A stretch of 64,000 nt of DNA from Leptolyngbyaceae cyanobacterium (GCA_965263355.1 CBDHHL010000032.1:3840001-3904000); one strand, 5' to 3'. Positions 8,840-18,834 are shown, counted from the stretch's first letter. Made by a program: numbers and translations. Notes: generated by a model not told the origin, from the sequence alone.

Positions 8840-11800
8840 TCATAGTGCTTGACCTTTAATAGACTCATTGGTTGCATCTATGTCTTCGTTATTCTCGATT
8901 ACATTTTCATCTAGTTCTAAATCTTCAGATAACTCTTCGGGAGATGTGCTTGGTATGGAGACTTGGCCTGGAAAGAGGATGTTGGTGGTATCTTCAAAGA
9001 AAATGGCTGGTTCCTCAGGTTCTAACGTAGATTCTTGTTGTTGTTCTGGCGCAATATCTTGTAGTCCAAAGCCATCAAATAAGCTATTAATCTTTGCTGA
9101 TACACCTAGGTAAAAACCACTGGCCGAGCGGTTTACACCAAAATCATCATCGTAGGCACCGCCACCGCTGTAGCCTCCATAAATTCTCATGTTAGGTGTA
9201 GGATAGTAACCAGCTTCTATGGCATAACCTATTTCGTTATAATCGCCTAATCCTCCAGCCCAACGGGCTTCAGCACTCATGTCCCAGCTGTAGCCAAACC
9301 TGTAGGTTGCTCTTAACTGGGCTAAGTGCAAGCTGTTGTTGGAAACAAAGTCACCGCCTTCATCAGTGGGCAAATTAATTTTAGTTTGACTATGACGAAA
9401 GGCATACTTGCCGTAAAATTCCCATTGCCAGTTGGGAGCATAGATAGCCTCGGCTGAGAACAAATGCTCAGCTGTGTCGATGCTGCGGCCAAATAGTGCA
9501 TTAGTGGGTAAAGTCCCCGGATTAATACGATGTTCATATCGCATAAGCGCATTGAATCGGTCATCGTTTGGATCACGATAGGCCAGACCTAGCTTTAGAT
9601 TGCTAGTGGTACCAATATTACTAATGCCCTGATTTGCGGCCCTATTGAGCTGATAGTTGAATAATGCACTGACAGCAGGTGTGAGTCGTCCCACCGCTGA
9701 TGCATTAAACGTCGTATTGGAGTTTTCGGAAGAGTCACGGTGCTCAAATCGGGCACTGGCTTGCAAATCTGGGTTATCCGTATAGGATAGTCCGACGGTA
9801 TAGGTATTGCCGTTAGTCAGTCCAAGAGATGACCCACCCGTGCCTACGGCAAAAGGCTGACTAAATTGAGAGCCTGCAGCGGTACCCCCAAGGATGCTGT
9901 TAAAGGTGCGTTCATACCCCAAGTCGAGTCGCAGACCAGGGCTCAGATTAAATCCATGTTCAATACCGATAGATCCTCCCAGGTGTTGCCCATCGATACT
10001 ACTGAATCGTCCACGGAGTGTCGTATCTTCGCCCAATGAATGTTCTCCAGAAATATCAAAAATGGTGTAAGAGTCGCGATCGCTCAATCCTTCATCCCCA
10101 TAAAATACTTGGCCTAATGCCAGGTTTATACCCGGCATAAATTCCCAATCAAGGCCAAAGAATGTTCGACTGGGGTAAAGAGGGTCGCTATCGGATGAAA
10201 GATTGAGTTCATTTTGAGCTCGCAGAGTGAGCTTATTGGTTAGGCGGGTGGTTAAGCGAGTCCGTAATTGATCAGAACTGGTGGTTAGTTGGTCAGGATT
10301 GGTACGGTCGGTGCGATCGCGATGAATCCAATCAAACTCCAGATTAGAATCGCCTAGACGCTGGGCTAGCCCTAGTGAGTAAGTTGTCAGGGAATTGTCT
10401 ACTTGTCTTCCAGGTACTGGATTCTGGCCAGGTTCTAACAAATCTTCAAGATTGGTAATGGGGCGTGGCGCTACTCCGTTATTATCCTCATGGTCAAACT
10501 GAGCACGAAGTGTGGTGTTACGGCTGACCTTGATATTGGCCTGGACTCCATAGCGGGTCTGTCCCGGAACAAAACTGGTGGTGGCGGCATTGGTAAATCC
10601 GGCGTCAGTAGAGCGCCAATAGGCCCGACCATTTAACCAATCACCCACTGCACCGTCTAGCTCCACACGATAGGCCGATCCACTAATGGGGCCAGACAAG
10701 TCAAAGTCACTTTCTGAATGGGCTACCTCAGCTATCAGACGACTGCTTTCTCCTAAAGAGATCTGGGCATCGGCACCAAATAGAGTAAAGTTTCGACTTC
10801 CCTGATTTTCTCGGAGGTAAGACGTGCCTAGCCAGGACGCTTGATTAAGATCACGGTTAAAGTTGTACTGCAACCGCCCAGCTAAAATATTGGTATTAGT
10901 GTTTTCCCCTTCATACTGGTAGGTAACCACAATCCGGCGTACTAAGACTGTCCCAAAGTCACCCACTGCCGTTTGGGCTACCGGATCTTCAAACAGCAGG
11001 GTGCCACGATCGTAGTCGATGTCATAGTCTGTGTTGCGATGTAAACGCTCCCGTTCGATGACAGTCCCTGGTCGATCTAGTTCTTCGGTTTCGATATAGA
11101 CTTGTTCACTCCCGGAGATCACTAATCGTCGTGAGAGAAAGTAGAGACCGCTGGTGCCATCTGGGGCAATGGTGTCGCGTTGAAAGCCTTCAACGTTATC
11201 ACCATAAAAACCTGTGATTGCTAGATCTCCCAGGTTATAATTCAGCTTAAAGCCATGGAGCTGGCGCGACGTGGACGTAAATAACTGAGATGAATTAGCG
11301 AATTCTTCGGTGTTATAATCTCCCCACATAATATAGTCGGCAGTTGCACCTTCTACAGGTGAGGTTCTTTCTAACCGCAGGTATAAATTGTCGGTAGAGG
11401 GGGTGGTAACATCCATAGTTGAGTCGTCACCATATACCGGATAGAGATTGGTACAACTCCCTGAACTTTGACGAAATAGTGCTGTTTCGCCACGGCAATC
11501 TTCGTTGAGGGCGCGATCACTATTAAATGCTCCAGTTAACAACCACTCACCAACATTACCCATGGTAAAGAGAGAGGCATCTAGATCAAGGCCATAGGCA
11601 TTGTCGCCATCTGGTGGTAAAAAATCTCGTAAACTGTCATGGAAATTCGTCCCCCGTGCGCCAAATCGTAAATCAACAATGCCCGTGGCAATACTGGGGC
11701 GTTGGGGAGTAATGAATTGTACCTGGTTAAAGGCTTCTAATCCATTGCTGGCAGCTTGTAATTGTACTATGTGGGCGTCAAGTGATGACTGCAACTCCGC

Positions 11801-12904
11801 TGTAAAACGTCCATTTTTGGCTTCTACCTGGAAACCTGGTTGGTCAGCTACATGATCTACCCCAACAAATTCACCATCGCTAGAGTTAAGGGTGACAATA
11901 GCATCCCAGTTAGATATATTACCATTGCTGTCTAGTAATTGTCCCTGTAGTGTAGTCGTTGAGCGTCCATCTGCCGGAATTTTTGATTCACGAGTATGGA
12001 GCGTCATCTCGGTAGGGGCTCCTCGCACTTCAACTGTAGTTGATTGCAATATACTACTGTCACTGCTACGTAGCACCGTTATAGTGTTAGTCCCCTCTGT
12101 CAAGGGGACACCATACCAGGTCTGGGTGACTAAATTAGTGGCAGGATCAGTTTCGGTGCGACCAATTGAGTCGTCATTGACGGTGTTATCATTCACTTGT
12201 AGTTGAATGTTGGCACCAGTTGGAAAGCGAACAATGACTGTGATAGCAGGTACATCGACCACACTGTCTGATGTCGGATTTACGATTTCAACTTGGTTTT
12301 CTGATATAATTTGAGAGAAACTATGGGTAGACTCAGCAGTAAGTGCTTCTGTCTTAGAAATTTCTTCCTCTAATGGAACATCTGTGAGATTTGCTAGAGT
12401 TTCGGTAGAAGTAAAGTCGTGGGTAGACGATACTTCTGTCGTACTCAATAGAGTAGATTCATTAAGTGTGATCGTCTCAGCTGAGGTTGGCCTGGCTGAA
12501 CTTGACAACTTTGGTGCTAGTAGAGTTTGGGAGGCTGTTTCTTGACTAAGTTTATGTTCCGACCCTACCTTAGGTGGAGAGGCATAGGCCAAGCTACTGA
12601 ATGCAATAGTTGATAGTGCTACTGAGCTACCTAGAAGAGTTTTTAATTGTCGGGGAGATAGTTTATAAGGTAGAGGATTTACCCTCTCTAATTTTGATCT
12701 TAGTAGTGAAATAAATCTTGTTTCTGGATTGATTGTTTTGTTGTTGTTAAGCAAAAAGCTTAACAGCTCAGTCCTTGACTTTAAAGAGGACGTGGATACT
12801 GTTTTTTTATCTCTCGCTCCCCTCTGAGTGTTGATTTGCTGTTTTAGATTGATAACAGCTAGAAGCTTTAAGTAGGAGCTTTTAGGATTTTGGTTGGATG
12901 ACAT
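8840..12904 (-). CDS. Large outer-membrane beta-barrel protein with N-terminal Ig-like domains
   Basis: IPADGRSTT Big-1-like Ig motif; LYPVYGDDS motif; long C-terminal run of alternating amphipathic beta-strands; start overlaps the upstream stop (TAATG). Confidence 0.75.
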   Translation of the reverse strand: MSSNQNPKSSYLKLLAVINLKQQINTQRGARDKKTVSTSSLKSRTELLSFLLNNNKTINPETRFISLLRSKLERVNPLPYKLSPRQLKTLLGSSVALSTIAFSSLAYASPPKVGSEHKLSQETASQTLLAPKLSSSARPTSAETITLNESTLLSTTEVSSTHDFTSTETLANLTDVPLEEEISKTEALTAESTHSFSQIISENQVEIVNPTSDSVVDVPAITVIVRFPTGANIQLQVNDNTVNDDSIGRTETDPATNLVTQTWYGVPLTEGTNTITVLRSSDSSILQSTTVEVRGAPTEMTLHTRESKIPADGRSTTTLQGQLLDSNGNISNWDAIVTLNSSDGEFVGVDHVADQPGFQVEAKNGRFTAELQSSLDAHIVQLQAASNGLEAFNQVQFITPQRPSIATGIVDLRFGARGTNFHDSLRDFLPPDGDNAYGLDLDASLFTMGNVGEWLLTGAFNSDRALNEDCRGETALFRQSSGSCTNLYPVYGDDSTMDVTTPSTDNLYLRLERTSPVEGATADYIMWGDYNTEEFANSSQLFTSTSRQLHGFKLNYNLGDLAITGFYGDNVEGFQRDTIAPDGTSGLYFLSRRLVISGSEQVYIETEELDRPGTVIERERLHRNTDYDIDYDRGTLLFEDPVAQTAVGDFGTVLVRRIVVTYQYEGENTNTNILAGRLQYNFNRDLNQASWLGTSYLRENQGSRNFTLFGADAQISLGESSRLIAEVAHSESDFDLSGPISGSAYRVELDGAVGDWLNGRAYWRSTDAGFTNAATTSFVPGQTRYGVQANIKVSRNTTLRAQFDHEDNNGVAPRPITNLEDLLEPGQNPVPGRQVDNSLTTYSLGLAQRLGDSNLEFDWIHRDRTDRTNPDQLTTSSDQLRTRLTTRLTNKLTLRAQNELNLSSDSDPLYPSRTFFGLDWEFMPGINLALGQVFYGDEGLSDRDSYTIFDISGEHSLGEDTTLRGRFSSIDGQHLGGSIGIEHGFNLSPGLRLDLGYERTFNSILGGTAAGSQFSQPFAVGTGGSSLGLTNGNTYTVGLSYTDNPDLQASARFEHRDSSENSNTTFNASAVGRLTPAVSALFNYQLNRAANQGISNIGTTSNLKLGLAYRDPNDDRFNALMRYEHRINPGTLPTNALFGRSIDTAEHLFSAEAIYAPNWQWEFYGKYAFRHSQTKINLPTDEGGDFVSNNSLHLAQLRATYRFGYSWDMSAEARWAGGLGDYNEIGYAIEAGYYPTPNMRIYGGYSGGGAYDDDFGVNRSASGFYLGVSAKINSLFDGFGLQDIAPEQQQESTLEPEEPAIFFEDTTNILFPGQVSIPSTSPEELSEDLELDENVIENNEDIDATNESIKGQAL

Positions 12905-14451
12905 TATTGGACTTTCTCCTGGAACGTGGGCGTGACGCCAAAGTTCATGCGCACCATGCCACCGGGAGCAATATTTACCATCCGAGACTGGCTGTTGCGT
13001 TCTTTAAAGTAAAGGTTGGGAGCCAGGGTATAACCAGGTAAGCTGGTTAAATCCAGAACTCCGCTACGGGTACCTGGTAACATGCACTGGACTGAGTACA
13101 AACCATCAGCATCGGTAACAATGCGATTGCCATCGTCTAAGAAGATCACAGCATTGGGGACACCGGCTTCACCTGGCTGTTGTTCCCCATCAAAGTTTTT
13201 GTCAACAAAGACACGGCCAATTAATGTGGCACAGTCTGTGAGAATACCTGGGTCAATGACGAGTCGGTGAATACTCGGGCCATCTTGTACAAAGAGTTGA
13301 TTGTCGCTGCGCTCAGCTGTAACCAATGCGGAGTTCTCGCCATCGCCTCGCAGGGCATCCGGCGTGACTTGTACGGCGTAAAGTACACTCATCGACGTAT
13401 CCACGGGTAGGGGAACTGTCGTTGTAAAGGTGACTTCAGAGCCAGATGCTTGGGCATCCATGGCAACAGTTTGCTCGTTTAGGACTCCGGTAACGGATTC
13501 GGGAATGAGTTGAAAACCTTGGGGGAGAAAGTCCTGAACCGTAACGGAATCTAGTTCAATATCGGTTAGATTGCGTAATTCTAAGCGATAGACAACGGTG
13601 TCACCCGGCTGAGCTGCAGCACGGTCAGCTGTTTTTGTAATACTAATTTGGTTTGGATCGCACATCACCATACCGAAGGCCAGAGAAAACAGGTTGAGTC
13701 CCTGGGTTTCGGCATTAAAAATTTCGACAACAGTTTCGCTGATTTGTTCACCACCACTGGTACTGATTGGAATGCCATCTAACGCAGTTGCGGTATAGCG
13801 AATGATGGAGCTGTTAACGCCGTCGGCACTGGTTACAAGCTCCAATTTGATGCGACGTTGGGGGTATACAGAATCTGCTGGCGGATTGACCACTAGAATA
13901 TATTGAGCGTCTGTGCTGGTTTGAGTGAATCCTGCATTAACGGCGCTTTGCAAGGGGGTTTCTGGATCAAATAAGAAGTTATATTGTCCAGCATCGGCAT
14001 TGGTTAAGAAAAATGGATTGCTGTTCTCTGTGTTGGGAGCTTTACCACCAGGAATGCTATTATTTTCAATGTCAGGTAGTTCTGTCCCTGTGAGGGGAAC
14101 GATGGGACCTAAGTCTAAGCCACTGGCATCAGGCTCATATAAAGCAACAGAAAAACCGTCATAATTTGGTAATAAATCTCCGTTACAACCTAAAATTTGA
14201 CCTAGTGGATCGATCAGGGAACTGGTTTCAACTATGATCTCTGCGGATACACCACCCAGCGTAATGTTGAGATCGCCATCTCGATATTGGTAGGTAGCCT
14301 GATTGTAAATTTCACCAGCTCTTGCGATCTCAACAAATGATGCCTGACTAACGCTGCATGCTAGCAAAAACGCTACCATGCTATGGGGCCATCTGTGCTT
14401 GGCACCTAGTTTTAGTTTGGGTGACTGAAATAATTTCATTATGAACCTCAA
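12904..14451 (-). CDS. Secreted DUF11 + SdrD B-like domain protein (candidate base/adaptor)
   Basis: ITKTADR..PGDTVVYRL..N..VQDFLPQG..ENSA complete DUF11; IGRVFVDKNFDGEQQPGEAGVP; N-terminal IYNQATYQY. Confidence 0.8.
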   Translation of the reverse strand: MRFIMKLFQSPKLKLGAKHRWPHSMVAFLLACSVSQASFVEIARAGEIYNQATYQYRDGDLNITLGGVSAEIIVETSSLIDPLGQILGCNGDLLPNYDGFSVALYEPDASGLDLGPIVPLTGTELPDIENNSIPGGKAPNTENSNPFFLTNADAGQYNFLFDPETPLQSAVNAGFTQTSTDAQYILVVNPPADSVYPQRRIKLELVTSADGVNSSIIRYTATALDGIPISTSGGEQISETVVEIFNAETQGLNLFSLAFGMVMCDPNQISITKTADRAAAQPGDTVVYRLELRNLTDIELDSVTVQDFLPQGFQLIPESVTGVLNEQTVAMDAQASGSEVTFTTTVPLPVDTSMSVLYAVQVTPDALRGDGENSALVTAERSDNQLFVQDGPSIHRLVIDPGILTDCATLIGRVFVDKNFDGEQQPGEAGVPNAVIFLDDGNRIVTDADGLYSVQCMLPGTRSGVLDLTSLPGYTLAPNLYFKERNSQSRMVNIAPGGMVRMNFGVTPTFQEKVQ

Positions 14452-14738
14452 CCCTAAACAATTAAAAAATTAGCGTTAGTAACAGTTTTGCCTGTTGCGA
14501 TAGTGCAAGCGCTGACTTGTCAGTTTTTGCATTAGAAGAGGCAATTAGTCAGGTCGCTGTTATCAGTGAAATGCCACTGACTACTCACCATTGTTTGACC
14601 AAATTTTTGCGTGAGCGCTCAGTCGAATGCTCAGGTCAAGCTTGCTATCCACAAGAATGAGTGTGATGCAAGCCTAGAGAAGACTTTTCTAAAGCAGCCA
14701 GAGTATTGATACGTAAAGCCTTAATTATGGAAATGTTG

Positions 14739-14774
14739 AAAGAAAAGCATGGGAGGAGAAGATGCCCCTCCCAT
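14739..14774 (-). terminator. Intrinsic terminator after the 14784..15365 gene
   Basis: ATGGGAGG/CCTCCCAT stem followed on the minus strand by GCTTTTCTTT. Confidence 0.65.
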
Positions 14775-14783
14775 AGTCAAGAG

Positions 14784-15365
14784 TTACTTGACTTTAACGT
14801 TGTATGACGCTCTAACAGATTGTGCGGAAGCTAGATCGTCGCCGAAGTTCCACTGGATGTGCGTATACATTTCAGCAGGTGCAGGTTGCAGCTCAACCGT
14901 ACCATCGGGCAGGGTAACTTCAATCAGAGGCTCAGTCACAAAACTTTGGCCACCATCAATGCTGTAAACAATTTCAGCGCTGCTATCAGTATTAGCTGAA
15001 TTAAGAATATAGCTTGTTTGGTTAGGTACAGGCTGAGTGACAGATAGCCCTTTGGCCTCAATATCACCAGAGTTAGCACCATCAACCATGTAACGTAGAA
15101 CATCACCAGGTTGAACGGTAACTTTACCTTCAAGGGCTTCCCAAGAGATTTTCTCCTGGCCATTGGTGTCTAACTTAACAAGTTGTTTTTCTGCGCTTAG
15201 CGTTAGTTTGACCTCAGGGCGCAGTACAGCTTGAACAATGGCTTCCTTAACTTCCTGTAGCTGAGCCATTACAGGTTGATTGCTAGCAAAAGGGATAGCT
15301 CCTACTAAAGCCAATGCCCCTAGACCCAACAAAAGACGTTGCTTGGCAAAAAGACGTCGCATCAT
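14784..15365 (-). CDS. Small secreted single DUF11-like domain protein
   Basis: Signal peptide; VQPGDVLRY..N-x-G, YSIDGG, YTHIQW; ends YNVKVK. Confidence 0.8.
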   Translation of the reverse strand: MMRRLFAKQRLLLGLGALALVGAIPFASNQPVMAQLQEVKEAIVQAVLRPEVKLTLSAEKQLVKLDTNGQEKISWEALEGKVTVQPGDVLRYMVDGANSGDIEAKGLSVTQPVPNQTSYILNSANTDSSAEIVYSIDGGQSFVTEPLIEVTLPDGTVELQPAPAEMYTHIQWNFGDDLASAQSVRASYNVKVK

Positions 15366-15472
15366 AATTATTCTCGTTTAATTCTAAAGATTGTGTACGG
15401 TTCAAGGTCTAACCTTGGAGCAAGGGGCCAACTTCATCAGAGAATTTCCTTACTCCAGGAAATATATTAGGG

Positions 15473-18130
15473 TTAGTTAATTCGACGCTCAAACTCAACG
15501 TAGCCAGACTCTAAGGGCTCGACATCACCATCCACTTTAAAGACGTACTTAGTCGTGTCTGTGTTGTAAGATGTGCCCGAGAGTTCAGTTGTTGGTGTCG
15601 CTACATCTGGGTTAAACGCAGGTAAATCGCTAGCGTTGCAGACTTCGCTACCATTAAAGAACAAGACAGTACCGGTTGACCCATCGTCTAGGTTAGTCAA
15701 GTCAACTGAATTTTGTACATGGCGAGTGTCAAGATCGCCATTGGCATCGTTATCGTAGGCCCAGTTGTTAGCATCGGTAGCCGCCGCTGGACAACCCAGC
15801 TCTGTACCATCCTCAAGGATGGTTAGGTCAGATGCAGTCAACAAGACGTTGCCCTGCATAGGCGCAATCTCAGCTTCAGAGATGTTGCGATAGGTAACGC
15901 GATAACGAATGTGGTTACCCGGAGCAGGATTACCCGAGACTTCTGGACCATCACCACGAACAACCTGAGCAGTTTTCACAAGTTCTAAGAACCCCGTGTA
16001 AACCCGGTCAATGGTGATGTTTTCGGTTGTTGATGTATCTAAGACATTGGTAATGTCGGTGGTGTCAATGCCGTCATTATCGCTGCCAACGTCCTCAGCC
16101 TGAACCGCACTGACACCTGCAAAGGTGGCTACGATAGGTATAGGGAAGCTATCTAACTCCGTAATAACAGCCGGGTCGTTGGGTAAGTCAACCTCAACAC
16201 CGTAGTCAAATTCATCATCGCCGCCAGGTACCCCATCATTAGCGCGGATTGGCACAATAATGTCAGGATCAGTTAAAGTAGTCTTGCCCCAATTAGCACC
16301 ATTGTAGATGTATTCAACTCGAGTACCATCAGGTGCAATGATGGTAGCTGTTGTATTGTCAGGTAGTGCAGCCGGGTCATCCGGTGTAATTGGCTCTAGG
16401 CGAACCCAACCATCTTCAGTGCCAGAGTTGTCAACAGTATTGGTGAACTCAACGACAGGTGGATTACCATCAGAATAGGGAGCGGACTTATTGGTGAAGT
16501 CATCGTTAGTACCCGTAGGACCAACTGCATCAGGTGCTCCATCAGGACCATTCAACAGGTCAGCAACAGGTTCGGGTACTAGAGTGACAACAATGGCTTC
16601 ACCATCACCGTCAGTATTGTCACCTGTGTTGTCATCACCAGGGACAGTGGGGGTATTGCCGCCAGGGTCAATCCCTTGCTCAAGTAAGTCCGTGGGATCC
16701 TCGATATAACCGTCACCGGGCGTGAATCCCTCAGGTAGAGGTGTTGCAGGATCATCAATCACATCAGGATTGAAGTTGCTATAGGTGTCGGTATCGGGGT
16801 CGTAGTTACTGGGCGTGTCGTCACCAGATTCATCCATGACCGGAAAGCTGAGAGACTCGTCCTCTGGAGTTAGGGGATCGTCAACAACACCTGAACCGAA
16901 AACCTGAGCAATGTTAGCGACGGTGATGGGGGCAGCTGTCGGATCAACTCCATCGGTAACCACAGTTATTTGGAAACCGGTTACAGAAGTGCTACGTGGG
17001 ATTGCCGTGTTAGCAGGACCGATAAAACCAACTCGGGTGGCACCTGCTGGGTTAGTAGACCAAGTTGCTTCAAGGGCACTCGTTGTTAATGGATCAGAAG
17101 TATAGACGACACTCCAACCTGCTGCAGGGGTGGGAGGAGTAGGACTTAGAGAAGTGCCGTCCGGAATGGCGTCAGATACTAGTACATGTCTGTCGCTCAA
17201 TCCATTGAGCGTTATAGGCTGTAGATCAGCCGCTTGGGCGTCACTGCCAGCTGGGACTCCATTGTTATCTAGAACGTCAAATTCAAGGTCATAGGTGATG
17301 GTGTCATCTAGGGGATCCGCATTACCTTGGTCACTATAGTCGTTGATGGACTTCTTCAGTTCAACCAAAGGCTGCTCAAGGGGCTCTTCACCAATCGTGA
17401 TTTCACCCGTTGCACTGGCTTCACGCTCACCGTTAGTCGGTGCCTCAGGACCTGCTTCTTCTGCAGTCTGACTACCATTAGCAACGTCAGTAGCATCGTT
17501 GTCATCTGTGAAGACACTACCTCCAGAGGAGTCGTAGGGCTGGTTTTGACCATCGCCAGGCGTATCACCATATTGAACGCTGACGATATCATCGTTTTGC
17601 GCACTGGTGGAGACCTGAACAATCACCTGAACATTAAATGAGTCCCCAGGCGCAATGTTTTCTACGTCTGTTCGATTCGCAATGTCAGTTTCGTAGGTGC
17701 CATCGCCGTCTAAGTCAGCTCTGATGCTAACAACACTATCTACAGGACCAGTGAAATCAGCTACAGCAGGTAAACTAATGTCAGTTTCATCGTTACCGAC
17801 GTTCGTGACTTCAAAAATGTATTCTAGTTGCTCACCAGGGCCTGGAGGATCTGCGTCTGGTGTGACTTCTTGAGCAGCGGTGTTAACAACGGTAATACCA
17901 GCAATCTCAGCTACTTCGACCACAACTGTATTTGAGGTCGAAGTCTGAGGTGTACCATCGGGGTCACGATAGGTAGCAGTCGCAGTGTTGGTGATTTGTG
18001 TGCCAGCAGCAGTGCCATTTGCCAGTACAACACCCACTAGGTTAAACACACCGCCAATGGCAAGTGCGGATGCAATGACTGGCTTACAAAGCTTCCAGCT
18101 TAGTCTCTTAGAACTTATATTCTTTGTCAT
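15473..18130 (-). CDS. Large acidic secreted DUF11-repeat surface protein (candidate major fibre subunit)
   Basis: Signal peptide ending VLA; GTAAGTQITNTATATY mature N-terminus; several DUF11-like modules; Asp-rich loops such as DLDGDG. Confidence 0.8.
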   Translation of the reverse strand: MTKNISSKRLSWKLCKPVIASALAIGGVFNLVGVVLANGTAAGTQITNTATATYRDPDGTPQTSTSNTVVVEVAEIAGITVVNTAAQEVTPDADPPGPGEQLEYIFEVTNVGNDETDISLPAVADFTGPVDSVVSIRADLDGDGTYETDIANRTDVENIAPGDSFNVQVIVQVSTSAQNDDIVSVQYGDTPGDGQNQPYDSSGGSVFTDDNDATDVANGSQTAEEAGPEAPTNGEREASATGEITIGEEPLEQPLVELKKSINDYSDQGNADPLDDTITYDLEFDVLDNNGVPAGSDAQAADLQPITLNGLSDRHVLVSDAIPDGTSLSPTPPTPAAGWSVVYTSDPLTTSALEATWSTNPAGATRVGFIGPANTAIPRSTSVTGFQITVVTDGVDPTAAPITVANIAQVFGSGVVDDPLTPEDESLSFPVMDESGDDTPSNYDPDTDTYSNFNPDVIDDPATPLPEGFTPGDGYIEDPTDLLEQGIDPGGNTPTVPGDDNTGDNTDGDGEAIVVTLVPEPVADLLNGPDGAPDAVGPTGTNDDFTNKSAPYSDGNPPVVEFTNTVDNSGTEDGWVRLEPITPDDPAALPDNTTATIIAPDGTRVEYIYNGANWGKTTLTDPDIIVPIRANDGVPGGDDEFDYGVEVDLPNDPAVITELDSFPIPIVATFAGVSAVQAEDVGSDNDGIDTTDITNVLDTSTTENITIDRVYTGFLELVKTAQVVRGDGPEVSGNPAPGNHIRYRVTYRNISEAEIAPMQGNVLLTASDLTILEDGTELGCPAAATDANNWAYDNDANGDLDTRHVQNSVDLTNLDDGSTGTVLFFNGSEVCNASDLPAFNPDVATPTTELSGTSYNTDTTKYVFKVDGDVEPLESGYVEFERRIN

Positions 18131-18729
18131 TATTTTTGAGAACTAATAAATAAAGTTAGGTTAAGCACCATTTTGTTAATAACAAAAGGCTAGGGGGCAG
18201 CAAGATTCAGATGAGGTCGTGATCATTAAAACGAGTGAACAGCTTAACAATCACAAACTAAGGTTGCTAAAATTCCAATCAATCAAGAGTATGCATTAGT
18301 TCAATATCACTAACTCTTTTAAGCTACTTGTGATATTTGATACTAAGCAAAGAAGATTCTTTCAGGACTAAATTGGATTTTTGAGCAAGGTGAAAAGAGA
18401 CTTGAAAACAGATCTTTTTGAAAGATAAACAATATCAATCTCTTTTTAAGTAGCTTTTGATGTTAATTGTTTCACATACTATTGGATGCCCAATGTGTAT
18501 GATTTTTTCGCTAAGTCATAGCACGTGTCTTTGAGTTTGTCTGATCAAGTATTTTTTCGGTCACAATATGTGCGAAATATGTGCTTTTTACCTATGTCGC
18601 AAATATGTATTGCACTTAAATAAGTAATTGATTGAGTATTTTTTACGTAGGCACTAGCGTGTAATCTATTTTTTGAAGCAAGTAATATCAATCAGTGGCT
18701 TTGAGGTATGGGCAGATAAGCTGAAATTA

Positions 18730-18773
18730 TAAAAAGCGCATGGGATCAATTTCTAACTCCCATGCGCTTTTTA
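18730..18773. terminator. Bidirectional intrinsic terminator downstream of the GAF gene
   Basis: TAAAAAGCGCATGGGA / TCCCATGCGCTTTTTA 16-bp perfect stem with A/T tracts on both sides. Confidence 0.8.
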
Positions 18774-18834
18774 ATGTTGAGATCTTCTGATCTTGCTCAG
18801 AAATTTAGTTCACACAAAAAGATATTGATTATGA

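Noticed and set aside
8840..12904. TonB-dependent receptor call
   Set aside because: No recognisable plug/TonB-box motifs or terminal Phe; context is surface-protein genes
18131..18700. c-di-GMP or other riboswitch in the fibre-operon leader
   Set aside because: No consensus motif recognisable by eye; an Infernal/Rfam scan would be needed
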